Assembly (NCBI GenBank): GCA_033442325.1
Contig: JAWQFM010000005.1
Span: 1,372,542-1,436,541, forward strand
Direction of reading: 5' to 3'
Source of the DNA: Salpingoeca rosetta
Taxonomy: Eukaryota; Protista; Choanoflagellata
Length of the DNA: 64,000 nucleotides
Shown here: positions 44,576 to 64,000 of the stretch, piece after piece
How positions within the stretch are numbered: position 1 is the first letter of the stretch
Layout of the letters: the number at the start of each line of letters is the position of its first letter
Made by a program: the position numbers and the translations under genes
The notes under the pieces: model-generated
Database searches by the model: none
What the model saw: the letters and a program-made list of their open reading frames with translations, nothing else
Told to the model about the DNA's origin: nothing

Positions 44576-46797
44576 TTACGCCAGCAGTGGCGTGGTGGTA
44601 GCATCAACAACAGCCCGAGGCAGACCACGCACAAAGGAAGAAGCATCCATCTCCCCCTTGTGAAATGCCACGCACTGCTTCACGCAACCACCAAGCACAG
44701 CCTCAGCGCTGTCTCCTCCATGCAGCTCTTCCAGGCACTCGAGCACACGCAGGGACACATTGCATGATGTCTGCGCAACGCATACGGAGTCACCCATCAC
44801 CTCATCAAAGCCAGCCCCCAACAGCTCCTTCACATATGCCACACAGCCTGCACGCCCATCCTCAAAGTCGAACGTGCGCTCTTCTGCATCGCTGTCGCTG
44901 CTGTCGTGTGCAAGGAGCTGCACAGCTTGCGTGTCCTGTTGGGCCGCCAAGGCGTGCACGATGCTGGCGCTGAGCAGGCGTGCGCCAAGGTAGGCGCGGC
45001 CTCGCTGCAGGTTGCGCACGGCCTGCTCCTCCAACTGCTGCTGTTGCTCTGACGTGCGGCAGCCGTCAAAGTGCGGGAAAATGAGTGCTGGGTTGTGTGC
45101 AGGAAGCCGAAGAGCCCCAGTTGCCCGCCAACGCGCATCAGTCAAAAAAGCAGAAGTCGTTTACTCTCCAGGCACTCGAGCACACGCAGGGACACATTGC
45201 ATGATGTCTGCGCAACGCATACGGAGTCACCCATCACCTCATCAAAGCCAGCCCCCAACAGCTCCTTCACATATGCCACACAGCCTGCACGCCCATCCTC
45301 AAAGTCGAACGTGCGCTCTTCTGCATCGCTGTCGCTGCTGTCGTGTGCAAGGAGCTGCACAGCTTGCGTGTCCTGTTGGGCCGCCAAGGCGTGCACGATG
45401 CTGGCGCTGAGCAGGCGTGCGCCAAGGTAGGCGCGGCCTCGCTGCAGGTTGCGCACGGCCTGCTCCTCCAACTGCTGCTGTTGCTCTGACGTGCGGCAGC
45501 CGTCAAAGTGCGGGAAAATGAGTGCTGGGTTGTGTTGCAGGAAGCCGAAGAAGCCCCAGTTGCCCGCCAACGCCGCCATCCAGTCCTGGACGGCGATCGC
45601 CTTGGTGTCGCGCAGGGCGGGGTTGAGCTCAGGCAGCAGCTTCCACGTGTTGGCCAGGAATCCGCGCGTGTCTGCATACGCGAAGTTGCCCACGTCGCGG
45701 GCAGCCATCTGGCACGCGCTGTGCATCATGCGGCGCGCTGCCAAGGCAGCATGCGCAGGGGCAAGGAGCAGGTCCTCTGTTGCCACGGCCACGCACCGGG
45801 TGTACAGCATGTCGACGCTGTGCTGAGTGCGGAAGGGAATGGTCGCCTCAATGCACACGCACAGGTGCAGCAGCTGCATCTCGTTCAGGAAGGGCGCAAG
45901 CATGTCCACAGCAATGACGCAGCTCAGGAACTCGTTGAGCCCCTGCGCGCCAATCTCGAACGGCAGTGTCTCGCCGGGCACGTGCCCAAACACCTTGTAG
46001 CAGGTGCGGTGCGCAGCCGTGCGTCGTCGTGCAGGCACTGCTGCAACGTCACCGCTGCTGTCATCCTGGCTCCACCAAGACTGTGTTGTCTGCAGGGCGC
46101 TGCTCATCGTGTCCGTTGGTGCGAGCGTGGCCGCATCCTGGTTGTCGCTTGTTGTTGTGGTTGTTGTAGTGGTTGTGGTTGCAGTTGCGTGAGAGCACAT
46201 GCTGTCCAAGCTGCTGGTGCTCCGTGCCCTGCCCATGCCTGATTGCGCTGGGAGAAGCGCCAAGTTGTCTTTGTGTTGGTGTTCGCTAATGACCTCGCCT
46301 GCCATGAGGGCGAGCTCGGCGGGGTTGCTCAGGGCAAATGCACGCTGCAGCGCACCAGCAGGCGAGCTCGCAACTAGCTGTGGAGATGACACAATGGCCT
46401 GCACACTGGAGTTGTCGCTGCCCTGTGCCTGCGCCGCCGCTGCTGCTGTTGTTGTGGTCTCGTTGGTGGTGAAGGGGAGGTTGTGGGCGTGGGGCACGAG
46501 CAGGAGGCGTGCGCGCTGGAGGATGGGCAGGAAGAAGGGCGCAATGCCGCCGTCCAGCTGCAGGTAGACGACGTCGTGAAAGATGGCGGCGAGGTAAGCC
46601 ACAGGGTCTTGTGCGATGTCCTTGGGTGCGACGTCAAAGACGTGTGCGACGGCGTGGTACACGCGGTGTGGGCCCGTCATTGAAGTCACCACGAGGTGGG
46701 CGATGTTGTCGATGGCGTTCGAGGGCACACAGACGTCGAGCGCATCAAAGGCGCACTTGATGCCTGCGATGAGGCGCTGATGTTGCTGGGAAGGCAT
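44576..46797 (-). CDS. Intronless HD-domain (metal-dependent phosphohydrolase-like) protein of bacterial type; frame interrupted by an internal tandem duplication
   Basis: ORF 46797-45142 has MTGPHRVYHAVAH, LAAIFHDVVY, NEFLS, CIEATIPFR, RDVGNF and FLANTWKLLPELN. The natural C-terminus (...LECLEELHGG...PLLA*) continues in the second copy of the duplication down to 44576. Confidence 0.7.
44731..45585. repeat. Direct tandem duplication of about 410 bp (copies about 44731-45143 and 45168-45585; offset 437 bp)
   Basis: Both copies start ccaggcactcgagcacacgc and the ORF track shows identical translated blocks. The end of the left copy has single-base deletions and is followed by a ~20-bp spacer. 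Confidence 0.95.
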
Positions 46798-47648
46798 TGT
46801 CGTTGATCACTACTTGGGAGAAGACGGTGGTCGTCAGCTCTGAGTTGTATCTTGAGCGGTGTTCCAAACGCAGTTGAGAAAAATGAACGCATTGACACTC
46901 TCTTCTCGGGCAAAGCATGGTGGGCAGCTTGCTCTTGAGGTGCGAGCGAGAAGGGCAACTTCATGCGCGCGTGTGTGTGATGAGGTGGGGGGGGGGGCTC
47001 GAACAGTGGTGATTCGGCGAATCGCCAGCTTCTTGGAATTTGCAATGTGCACGAAAGCGTTTGCAATGCATATCATCGTCACACTATGACGTCACTTTCA
47101 TTTGAATTGCTGAAGATATCACCCAATTGTCCCGTCATGACGCACATTCTCGGAAGTGGTCCCTGCCTTCGTTGTTTGGTTCGTTCTGCGCAAACGTATG
47201 ATGTGTTGATTCTTGGAATCGGGAAGCCTGCTCGTGACTTGAATTTGAACCGCAGCGCGTCGTTGGCGACTTGAATTTGGACGAAGGAAGATGTCAACTC
47301 GGGGGAACAGCTTTGCAGCGCAGCACGTCGTACACTGTGCATCGGTGACTTAAACGCAAAACAACCCCGATTCCCGGAATCCTCCTGCAATCTTGCGAAA
47401 GCACTGCAACTAACTAACCACAGATCCGAGATGATGCACACCCTCTCATTCGCTCATTCGCGTGAGCTTCCCGCTTGACAAGGTCATTTTCACGACGAGT
47501 TTGAACAACTACACGCTCACACCAACAGCACCGAGAAAGCATCAGCCCAACAGCTCGCCCAAGCGCCCACGCAAGAACATCGACACACACAAACACACAA
47601 GTGCAAGACCACAACGACCACAGCGAACACAGCGAACACAACAGCAAC

Positions 47649-48527
47649 ATGTGTGCAAATGCGATCTTCTGGCCCGTTTGGACCCACACCAGCACCGACG
47701 CGCTGTGCAGCGTGCACGATCTTGCTGCGGAGCACGCAAAGCCCTGGCGTTCAAAGACGATCCTGCCACGAAGCACAGATAGCATGAGCTCCATCTCCAC
47801 GGCTGTTCACAGCGACAGCGACGTGGACGAGGATTTGGCCGACGAGGACATCTTCCAGGCTGTGTACGGCACTGTGGGCAATGCGGCTTACAGCCCTCCA
47901 GACGACACATCGGATGCTTCAGCCACGATGCACGCACTTCCACGCACTAGCTGTGTCGCAGGCAACTCTCTGGATGCTGAGAAGAGTGACTGCGCCAGCC
48001 ATGCTGTGCATCCTGTTCCATCTTGCAGCCTGCCACGAAGGAGAAAGGCCGCAACTGCATGGTCCAGCCTGCGCACGGTGTGGGAGCGGGTGCGCAACAC
48101 TCTGCCAGCCAACCTCTCCCTCAACAAGAACAAGTGCCACGACACCAGCAAGAGCAGCACGCACAACCACCAGAACAAGAAGACCAACACGACCAACAAG
48201 AATGCCAAGAGCAGGAAGAACAGCGACGCCACCAGCGTGCGACCAGCACAAGACATCACAGCATGTGCAGCAAGGTCAACCAGCACGTCCTCGTCTTTCT
48301 CGACAGCGCAGGATGCCGCTTTGGTCTACTACAGCAGCAATGACTTGAGGGCACATGCTGCAGGCAGCAGAAGCTTCTGCTATACGGTTCCCCGAGACTT
48401 GGAAGAGCAAGCCCAAGAGTACATGGAGGTGTCGGACGTCGAGCTGAGGAGACCATCCACTGTCTCGTTGCCGCTGTTCGTCTCGCACGTGTGGGTGCTT
48501 GAGCACTGCGACTGCGACAATGCGTGA
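47649..48527 (+). CDS. Hypothetical intronless protein (~292 aa), low complexity or disordered
   Basis: Microsatellite-free open frame with coding-like codon usage from ATG 47649 to TGA 48527; no recognisable domain. Confidence 0.5.
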   Translation: MCANAIFWPVWTHTSTDALCSVHDLAAEHAKPWRSKTILPRSTDSMSSISTAVHSDSDVDEDLADEDIFQAVYGTVGNAAYSPPDDTSDASATMHALPRTSCVAGNSLDAEKSDCASHAVHPVPSCSLPRRRKAATAWSSLRTVWERVRNTLPANLSLNKNKCHDTSKSSTHNHQNKKTNTTNKNAKSRKNSDATSVRPAQDITACAARSTSTSSSFSTAQDAALVYYSSNDLRAHAAGSRSFCYTVPRDLEEQAQEYMEVSDVELRRPSTVSLPLFVSHVWVLEHCDCDNA

Positions 48528-48811
48528 TTGTGCGAGGTGCTGTGGAGTTTATATGCGTTTGTCTCGCTTCTTCGTGCTTTCATGGCTACAATTGAACCCA
48601 GATGCTTGTATGTGTGTGTGTGTGTGTGTGTTTACTTTAAGCGACCATTACATCTCATCATCGTGAGCCATCGTCACGCCTCGTTCAAAATTCGTTTAGA
48701 AGAGCGTTTGCCCAAGGGAATGATTGGAGAAGGCACGAAGCGAATAAGAAGTGCAACAAGGAAGAGTGGAGGGGCTACGCTTGTGCATCGAGGAGAAGAA
48801 GGGTTACACGG

Positions 48812-48862
<51 letters not shown>

Positions 48863-49179
48863 CACATACATACATACACAAGCACACACGCACATGCACA
48901 CATACATACACATAAGGTTCTGGCCCGTGGGCCGTAAGGCAGTCAAGACAATGGCACCCGCACATCCATCGCGAGGCCCAGCACGCATGCACCACAAACA
49001 AGGAGGATGACGCAGGGGAAACCTTTAGCTTTTCCCTTTGGCATGGCGTTGTGCGGTGCGGTGCACAAAACCGGGGACGAAGGTCTTGTCCGCTCCGAGG
49101 CAGCGCCTAGGTGGCAGCATGAGAGTGGAACAGCACAGAGTGCTCAGCAAACAAACATCGCATGCGTGCCTGTGTGTGA

Positions 49180-49279
49180 NNNNNNNNNNNNNNNNNNNNN
49201 NNNNNNNNNNNNNNNNNNNNNNNNNNNNNNNNNNNNNNNNNNNNNNNNNNNNNNNNNNNNNNNNNNNNNNNNNNNNNNN
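49180..49279. other. Assembly gap (100 N)
   Basis: N run. Confidence 0.99.
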
Positions 49280-49530
49280 TGTGGTGGTCTAGCCAGGTGC
49301 CTTCTCCCTGATCTTCGTCTACTCCCTTGACTACGGCCGTACTCGCCTTTCCCAACGACAAACGAGAACGAGAAGAAGGGACGGCACCCGCACAGTTCAC
49401 CGGCCTCGTCGACGTGTACCGCAAGACCATCGCCTCTGACGGTGTTGCCGGCCTCTACCGTGGCTTTTGTCATCTCCTGCGTTGGTATCATTGTGTACCG
49501 CGGCTTTCTAATTTGGTCTGTACGATTCCC
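49280..49530 (+). pseudogene. Frameshifted ~250-bp fragment of the ADP/ATP carrier gene (possible assembly artefact)
   Basis: Matches the reverse complement of about 11219-11464, with an exact core ggcctcgtcgacgtgtaccgcaagaccatcgcctctgacggtgttgccggcctctaccgtggc; indels elsewhere; abuts the gap. Confidence 0.75.
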
Positions 49531-49820
49531 TCTGTGAGTTTGTGTGTGTGTGTGTGTGGTAGCGCAAGGTGGTCGAGGCACATCCACACACAAAGCGGCA
49601 GGTACTGGGCGCCCAACCCATGTTCCACAGGCATATGGAAGCATAGAAGCACGGAAGCACAGAAGCAACACACCCTGAAGGCTGTTGAGGCCTGTTTGGG
49701 TGCCTTCATTGCAAAGTCCCGGCGAAGAGCGGAAGCATATGAGCGCACTGAACGCATCATGATTTGCTGCAAGCTACTCAGGTGGCCCCTTCATCCTCAG
49801 CTGTGGAATCTTCGCAATTG

Positions 49821-51281
<1,461 letters not shown>

Positions 51282-52145
51282 GGCTCTCTTGTGCCCTAGC
51301 CGTGCCTGAGCAGTGCCCTGCCATTCGGCCCGCACAGCATCAAATCATGTTCGCTTGTTTGGGGGTGCCTGCGCCTCTTTGCATTTGTTTGCTACTCCCC
51401 TTCTTTCGCTCTTCTTCTCACTGTCACACGCAATTTAATTTCACATCGTCGAAAACCACTGATTGACAGTCCTCCTTGCATATGCATTTTCGCTTTGTGC
51501 GGTTTGTCCGTGTCAGAGCATGTCACCCTATCTATCATGTCACCCCATAAACCCCGCACACATACGTCCTTACGTCCCCCCCCCCTGTCAGGAAGGAGAA
51601 GCCCGTGTCAGCCGCACGTGGTGCCAGTACGCACTTGTTTCACGCGATGACACACAGTGGGCACCTGCTTCCATGAAAGTGGGCCACTTGCCACTGTGTT
51701 GAACTTTGACTCTCTCCTCTTTCTCGGAAGCACGCAGCAAAGTGCACGAATCAAACTTGCCACCTGCGTCATGAATTAGCCTGTGAGCGAGGGTAATCGC
51801 TAGCAAGCCCAACAGGCTCACCAGCAAACTGACATGCAACAGTGCCTTGTCCCCACGCCAAGCCAAGTGGCAAAGTGCAATGGCCTGCCAAGCCCAGCAC
51901 TTGCACAGTATGTAGCAGAACTGCAACGATACAGCACAGGCGTGCATTTACACAGCAATAACAGCACCCCCAACAACCACGACAGACCAACAGACCAACG
52001 CCCTCCCCACTCATCGTACTCATTCAAGTGCTCACCACCGCAGTAGCCCCACAGTGTTCTTTTGACCGCCTCCTTTCAGCCACATCACACATCACACAGC
52101 ACGTCCGTTTTGCAAGGGTGCCTTAGCTTCCTGTCCCTCTCCGCC

Positions 52146-53912
<1,767 letters not shown>

Positions 53913-54642
53913 TACGGTGATTGCGTCTTGATTCCCTGTAGTTGCGCTGAGATGTTGGGTGCAAAAGACCTTGACAGCTGTTCGATTCCTCTATGCATGC
54001 AACACAATGACCCACAGAAGCACGTGCTGGCTGGGTGTTCCTTGATTGGTTGGTGTCTCTCACTACGCGCTTCATCTCAACGATTAAATTGCTAACATCG
54101 ACTTGAGGCAGTACCACCACTGAGCGCCGCGCAATCACACATCCAGACAAGCGAATACAGCAACAACAATGAACCACACTGCTTGGGCCTTCGTGTTGGT
54201 GTGCGGGGGGGGGGTCTGTAAAGAATAATGATGCTTTCGCCATGGATACAATGGAACACTTGACGACTCCCCTGTGCTCTGGTTGAACGCTCGTCCACCT
54301 CATACCCATGCTTTTCCTCTCCTCACGCGCTCCTAACGCCCATCATGCTCAATGTTCACTTTGGGTGAAGTTGAGAGCGTGTGATATTGCCACGCTGGAG
54401 GAAGCATGCGCGTGTGCAGGAGAGAGGGTTCGAGAAGAAGGCAAGCAAGGGAGTCGTGTAAAACCGACATAGTGAAACCATGAACATCATCACAAGCTCA
54501 CGAGGAGCCACATACACGCATGCAAGTCGTTGTTGGTGGGTTGGCTGGGATGCGAGAAACAAAGCAGAGGCAAACAAGGGAAGCGAGTCGGTGTGCATGA
54601 GTATAGGGTCGCATTGTAGTGGACGTGTTAGAGCTGCGGTGT

Positions 54643-55247
54643 TCACCGCTTGCCGGGAGTGGCTGCCGCAGTTGTTGCAGCTGTCGTCGAGAGGCTGTCC
54701 TTCTTTGACTTGTCGTCGTTGCTGTTTGGGTTGGTGCCGCCATTGCCTTCGTTGTCGTTCTTGTCCTTGTACCGGTTGTTGTCGTTCGTGTTTGGTTCGT
54801 TGCCTGTGGCTGTGGTGGGGTTGGTTGTGGTGGTGGTGGTGGTTGTGGTTGCAGCTGTGGCTGTTGCAGTCGTCGAGAGGCTGTCCTTCTTTGACTTGTC
54901 GTCGTTGCTGTTTGGGTTGGTGCCGCCATTGCCTTCGTTGTCGTTCTTGTCCTTGTACCGGTTGTTGTCGTTCGTGTTTGTCGCGTTGCCTGTGGCTGTG
55001 GTCGTGCCTGTTGTGAGTGTTGTCGAAGGGACAGACGTTGCTGTGGTGGAGCTTGCAGTTGTCGATGCGGTGCTGTTGTTGGAGCAGGCATCGATACTGT
55101 CTTTCTTTGACTTGTCGTCGTTGCTGTTTGGGTTAGTGCCACCATTACCATTGTTGCTGTTCTTGTCTTTGCAACGGTTGTTTGTGTTGCTCTTCGTGCT
55201 ACCACCAGTGGCAGTTGCTGCAGCAGGCGTCGTGGTAGTGGTAGTGG

Positions 55248-55293
<46 letters not shown>

Positions 55294-55452
55294 CGTAGTA
55301 CTCGTGGTTGTTGTCGTAGTACTCGTGGTTGTCGTCGTAGTACTCGTCGTGGTACTCGTCGTGGTACTCGTTGTTGTTGTTGTTGTTGTTGTTGTTGTAG
55401 TAGATGTTGTAGATGTTGTTGTTGTTGTTGTTGTTGTAGATGTTGTTGTAGA

Positions 55453-55509
<57 letters not shown>

Positions 55510-56869
55510 ACTCCTTGTTGCTGTTGTTGTTGTACTCCTTGTTGCTGTTGTTGTTGTTGAACTCGCTGTTGTTGTTGTTGTTGTTGTTGGTGAACTCGCT
55601 GTTGTTGTTGTAGTAGTAGTTGTTGTTGTTGTTGTGGTTGTTGTACCCATTGTTGCTGCACTCGTGGTTGACGTTGTAGCCGCTTCACTGGTCGTCGCCT
55701 TCTTTGTTGGCGTTGCTGTCGCAGTGGGCGTGCTTGTGGTACTGGTGCTTGTGCTTGTGAAGGTACTGGAGCTGCTTGTGCTGCTGAACGTTGTCGTGGA
55801 TGCCGCACCCTTTCCATCGTGTGCAGTGGATGTTGAAGACATTGCGGACCCAGTCGCCTTCGTTGCGTTTGTGAGATCACAGTTCACGTCCGCGGTTGCA
55901 AACGCACAGCGCTCCCTGCAAGTGTGTGCGAGCACCATCGCACAGCATTATCGTGAGCGACATGTGATTCACCGGAGCAAAGCAGTGTAGGCAAACTATC
56001 CTCCTGACTGATCGAGGAGTGTTCACTCTCATAGCAGAAGACACATGGCATTTCGAGTCCAATGCAAGCAGAGCAACCAAGCCAGGAATCGATTCGTACC
56101 AGCACTGTAGCTTGTACAGTTCTTCGACAGGGCCGGTAACACTGCCGCATGGGCCATCCTCGCAGCTTGACATGCACGCGCCCAGTGAGAGCAGCGCGAC
56201 CGTCGTATGGTGTTCGTCCCGTGTGAGGCATGAAACAAAGTCATCCAGGGAGACACCACCAACGCTCTGGAAGCGATGTCACACATAAAGGGAACAAGGG
56301 TATCAGGTGAGGTGGGTGTAGAGAAGAGTGAGGTGCAGACAAAGGCCTGTGGACTCTGGGAGCGAGTGCGTGTGTCAAGAGTGACAAAGAAGCAAAGGGC
56401 CTAAAGGCGTGTCTACACTCAACAAGAGCAGCTAGAAGCAGCTGAGCAGAGCTGAATGAATGCATGGGCTACATGCATGCATCAGTGAACAAATGAATGA
56501 GGAGCACACAACAGTGAGCAAGACCATCTTTCCTCTGCTGTTTTCACTTACCATGCCCACACACTCATGTATGTGCTCCTCGCAGGTTTGCGTGCACCCG
56601 GCCTCTGTCTGAATGGCTGCTTCCGTGTCCGTATTGGACGTGCTATCTTGAGACGCATCGTTGTCGTTTTCCTTCGCTGGCGGGCGTGAAACGTAGATGA
56701 TGGGCACCGCACAGATTGCCGCAACGGCGATGATGCCAACGCAGAAGAAGAGGCCACAACGGCGCCGCTTCCTGCGCCGCTCGCGCTCCAGCTGCAGTTC
56801 TTTCAGCTGACGCTGACGTTCCTCGTCAATCAGATATGGCTCAGTGTCAAACTCGTACGTCTGCGGCAT
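54643..56869 (-). CDS. Type II membrane mucin-like protein: cytoplasmic charged head, TM helix, Cys-rich domain, poly-Thr stalk, Asn/Asp/Lys repeats
   Basis: Phase-consistent exons 56869-56552, 56266-56100, 55915-54643. RRRKRRR precedes CGLFFCVGIIAVAAICAVPIIYV; about 9 Cys follow, then a long Thr tract and three NNRxKDKN..GNGGTNPNSNDDKSKKDS repeats. Further 3' splicing cannot be excluded. Confidence 0.7.
54683..55190. repeat. Three ~95-112-bp coding repeats (about 54683-54794, 54869-54980, 55097-55190)
   Basis: The first two copies are near-identical (offset 186 bp); the third is diverged. Confidence 0.85.
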
Positions 56870-57313
56870 GATGCACTGTGATGCCCAGTGGCGCAACGCT
56901 GTGCTGGCTGAGGTTGCGGTGTGTATCTTGTAATGATGTGCGTTCGTCGATGACTTGGCCAGTTGGCTGGGATGGTGGAATTGCTGGTGCTTGTTTGAAA
57001 ATGAACGCGCACACCACACGAGCAAACCAGCAAACCAGCAAACTCTATGGGCGTGATGGGCAAGCTGCAATCTCGCCGCTCTTGGCTATGCGCAATGCAG
57101 CGCAAGGTGCAGCTCATCTGTCTTTGTCACTTCACATCGTCATCAGATGATAAGAGGCTGATCACTTCCCAGAAAAGTCAGCAAGGGAAAGAAAGGCTTG
57201 GCTTGCATTGCCTTGCACGGTCACGACGGCCAAAAGTGATCGCAATTCAAACGCGCCTGTTTCGTGGAATTGAGGCCCAGGTCCTACATTAAACGGGAAG
57301 TGATTCGGGCCGC

Positions 57314-63820
<6,507 letters not shown>

Positions 63821-64000
63821 GTGATGTGACGACGATGCAGGTGGACACGTGCTGCCGCTTCTCGGCAGCCATTGGCACACTGCCTGCTTGTGCTTGCCAG
63901 TCCCACGCACACACACACACACACACTGACACACGCACTCTCTCTGACACACACACACGCACACACACACACGCACACACACACACACACACACTCACAC

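Noticed and set aside
54683-55190. Repeat-spacer pattern resembling a CRISPR array
   Set aside because: The repeats are about 100 bp, in frame and coding, in a eukaryotic gene; no cas genes are present.
54498-55990. Poly-Val (+) and poly-Gln (-) ORFs
   Set aside because: Alternative frames of the (ACA)n tract; only the poly-Thr frame splices in phase with the upstream TM and Cys-rich exons.

Overview
Eukaryotic, GC-rich, intron-dense genomic DNA whose introns are filled with (GT)n/(CA)n microsatellites. The style and gene content point to a choanoflagellate such as Salpingoeca rosetta (inference). Most ORFs in the supplied track are microsatellite or antisense artefacts, so genes were rebuilt by hand from splice sites and reading phase. 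Left to right: (-) a secreted protein with MACPF-like domain, Kelch propeller and apparent second MACPF-like domain, running off the left edge and absent from the ORF track; (-) a multi-pass membrane protein with a TRP/Flc-like C-terminus spanning an N-gap; (+) TMEM244/SYS1-like; (-) intronless ADP/ATP carrier; (+) myosin with a C-terminal SH2 domain; (-) REEP1-4-like; (+) full-length ABCA transporter; (-) nardilysin-like M16A peptidase. An intron-poor, rearranged region at about 44.5-58.8 kb holds a bacterial-looking HD-domain gene broken by a 437-bp tandem duplication, an orphan ORF, a gap-adjacent ADP/ATP carrier fragment, and a ~1.45-kb inverted duplication (tRNA-Ser(AGA) plus the 5' part of Vps33) bracketing a TPR gene and a type II membrane mucin-like gene. 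Vps33 (+) runs off the right edge. The best novelty candidates are the MACPF-Kelch-MACPF protein, the GT...CA intron architecture and the HD-domain gene. All family assignments come from motif recognition by eye; no database search was run.
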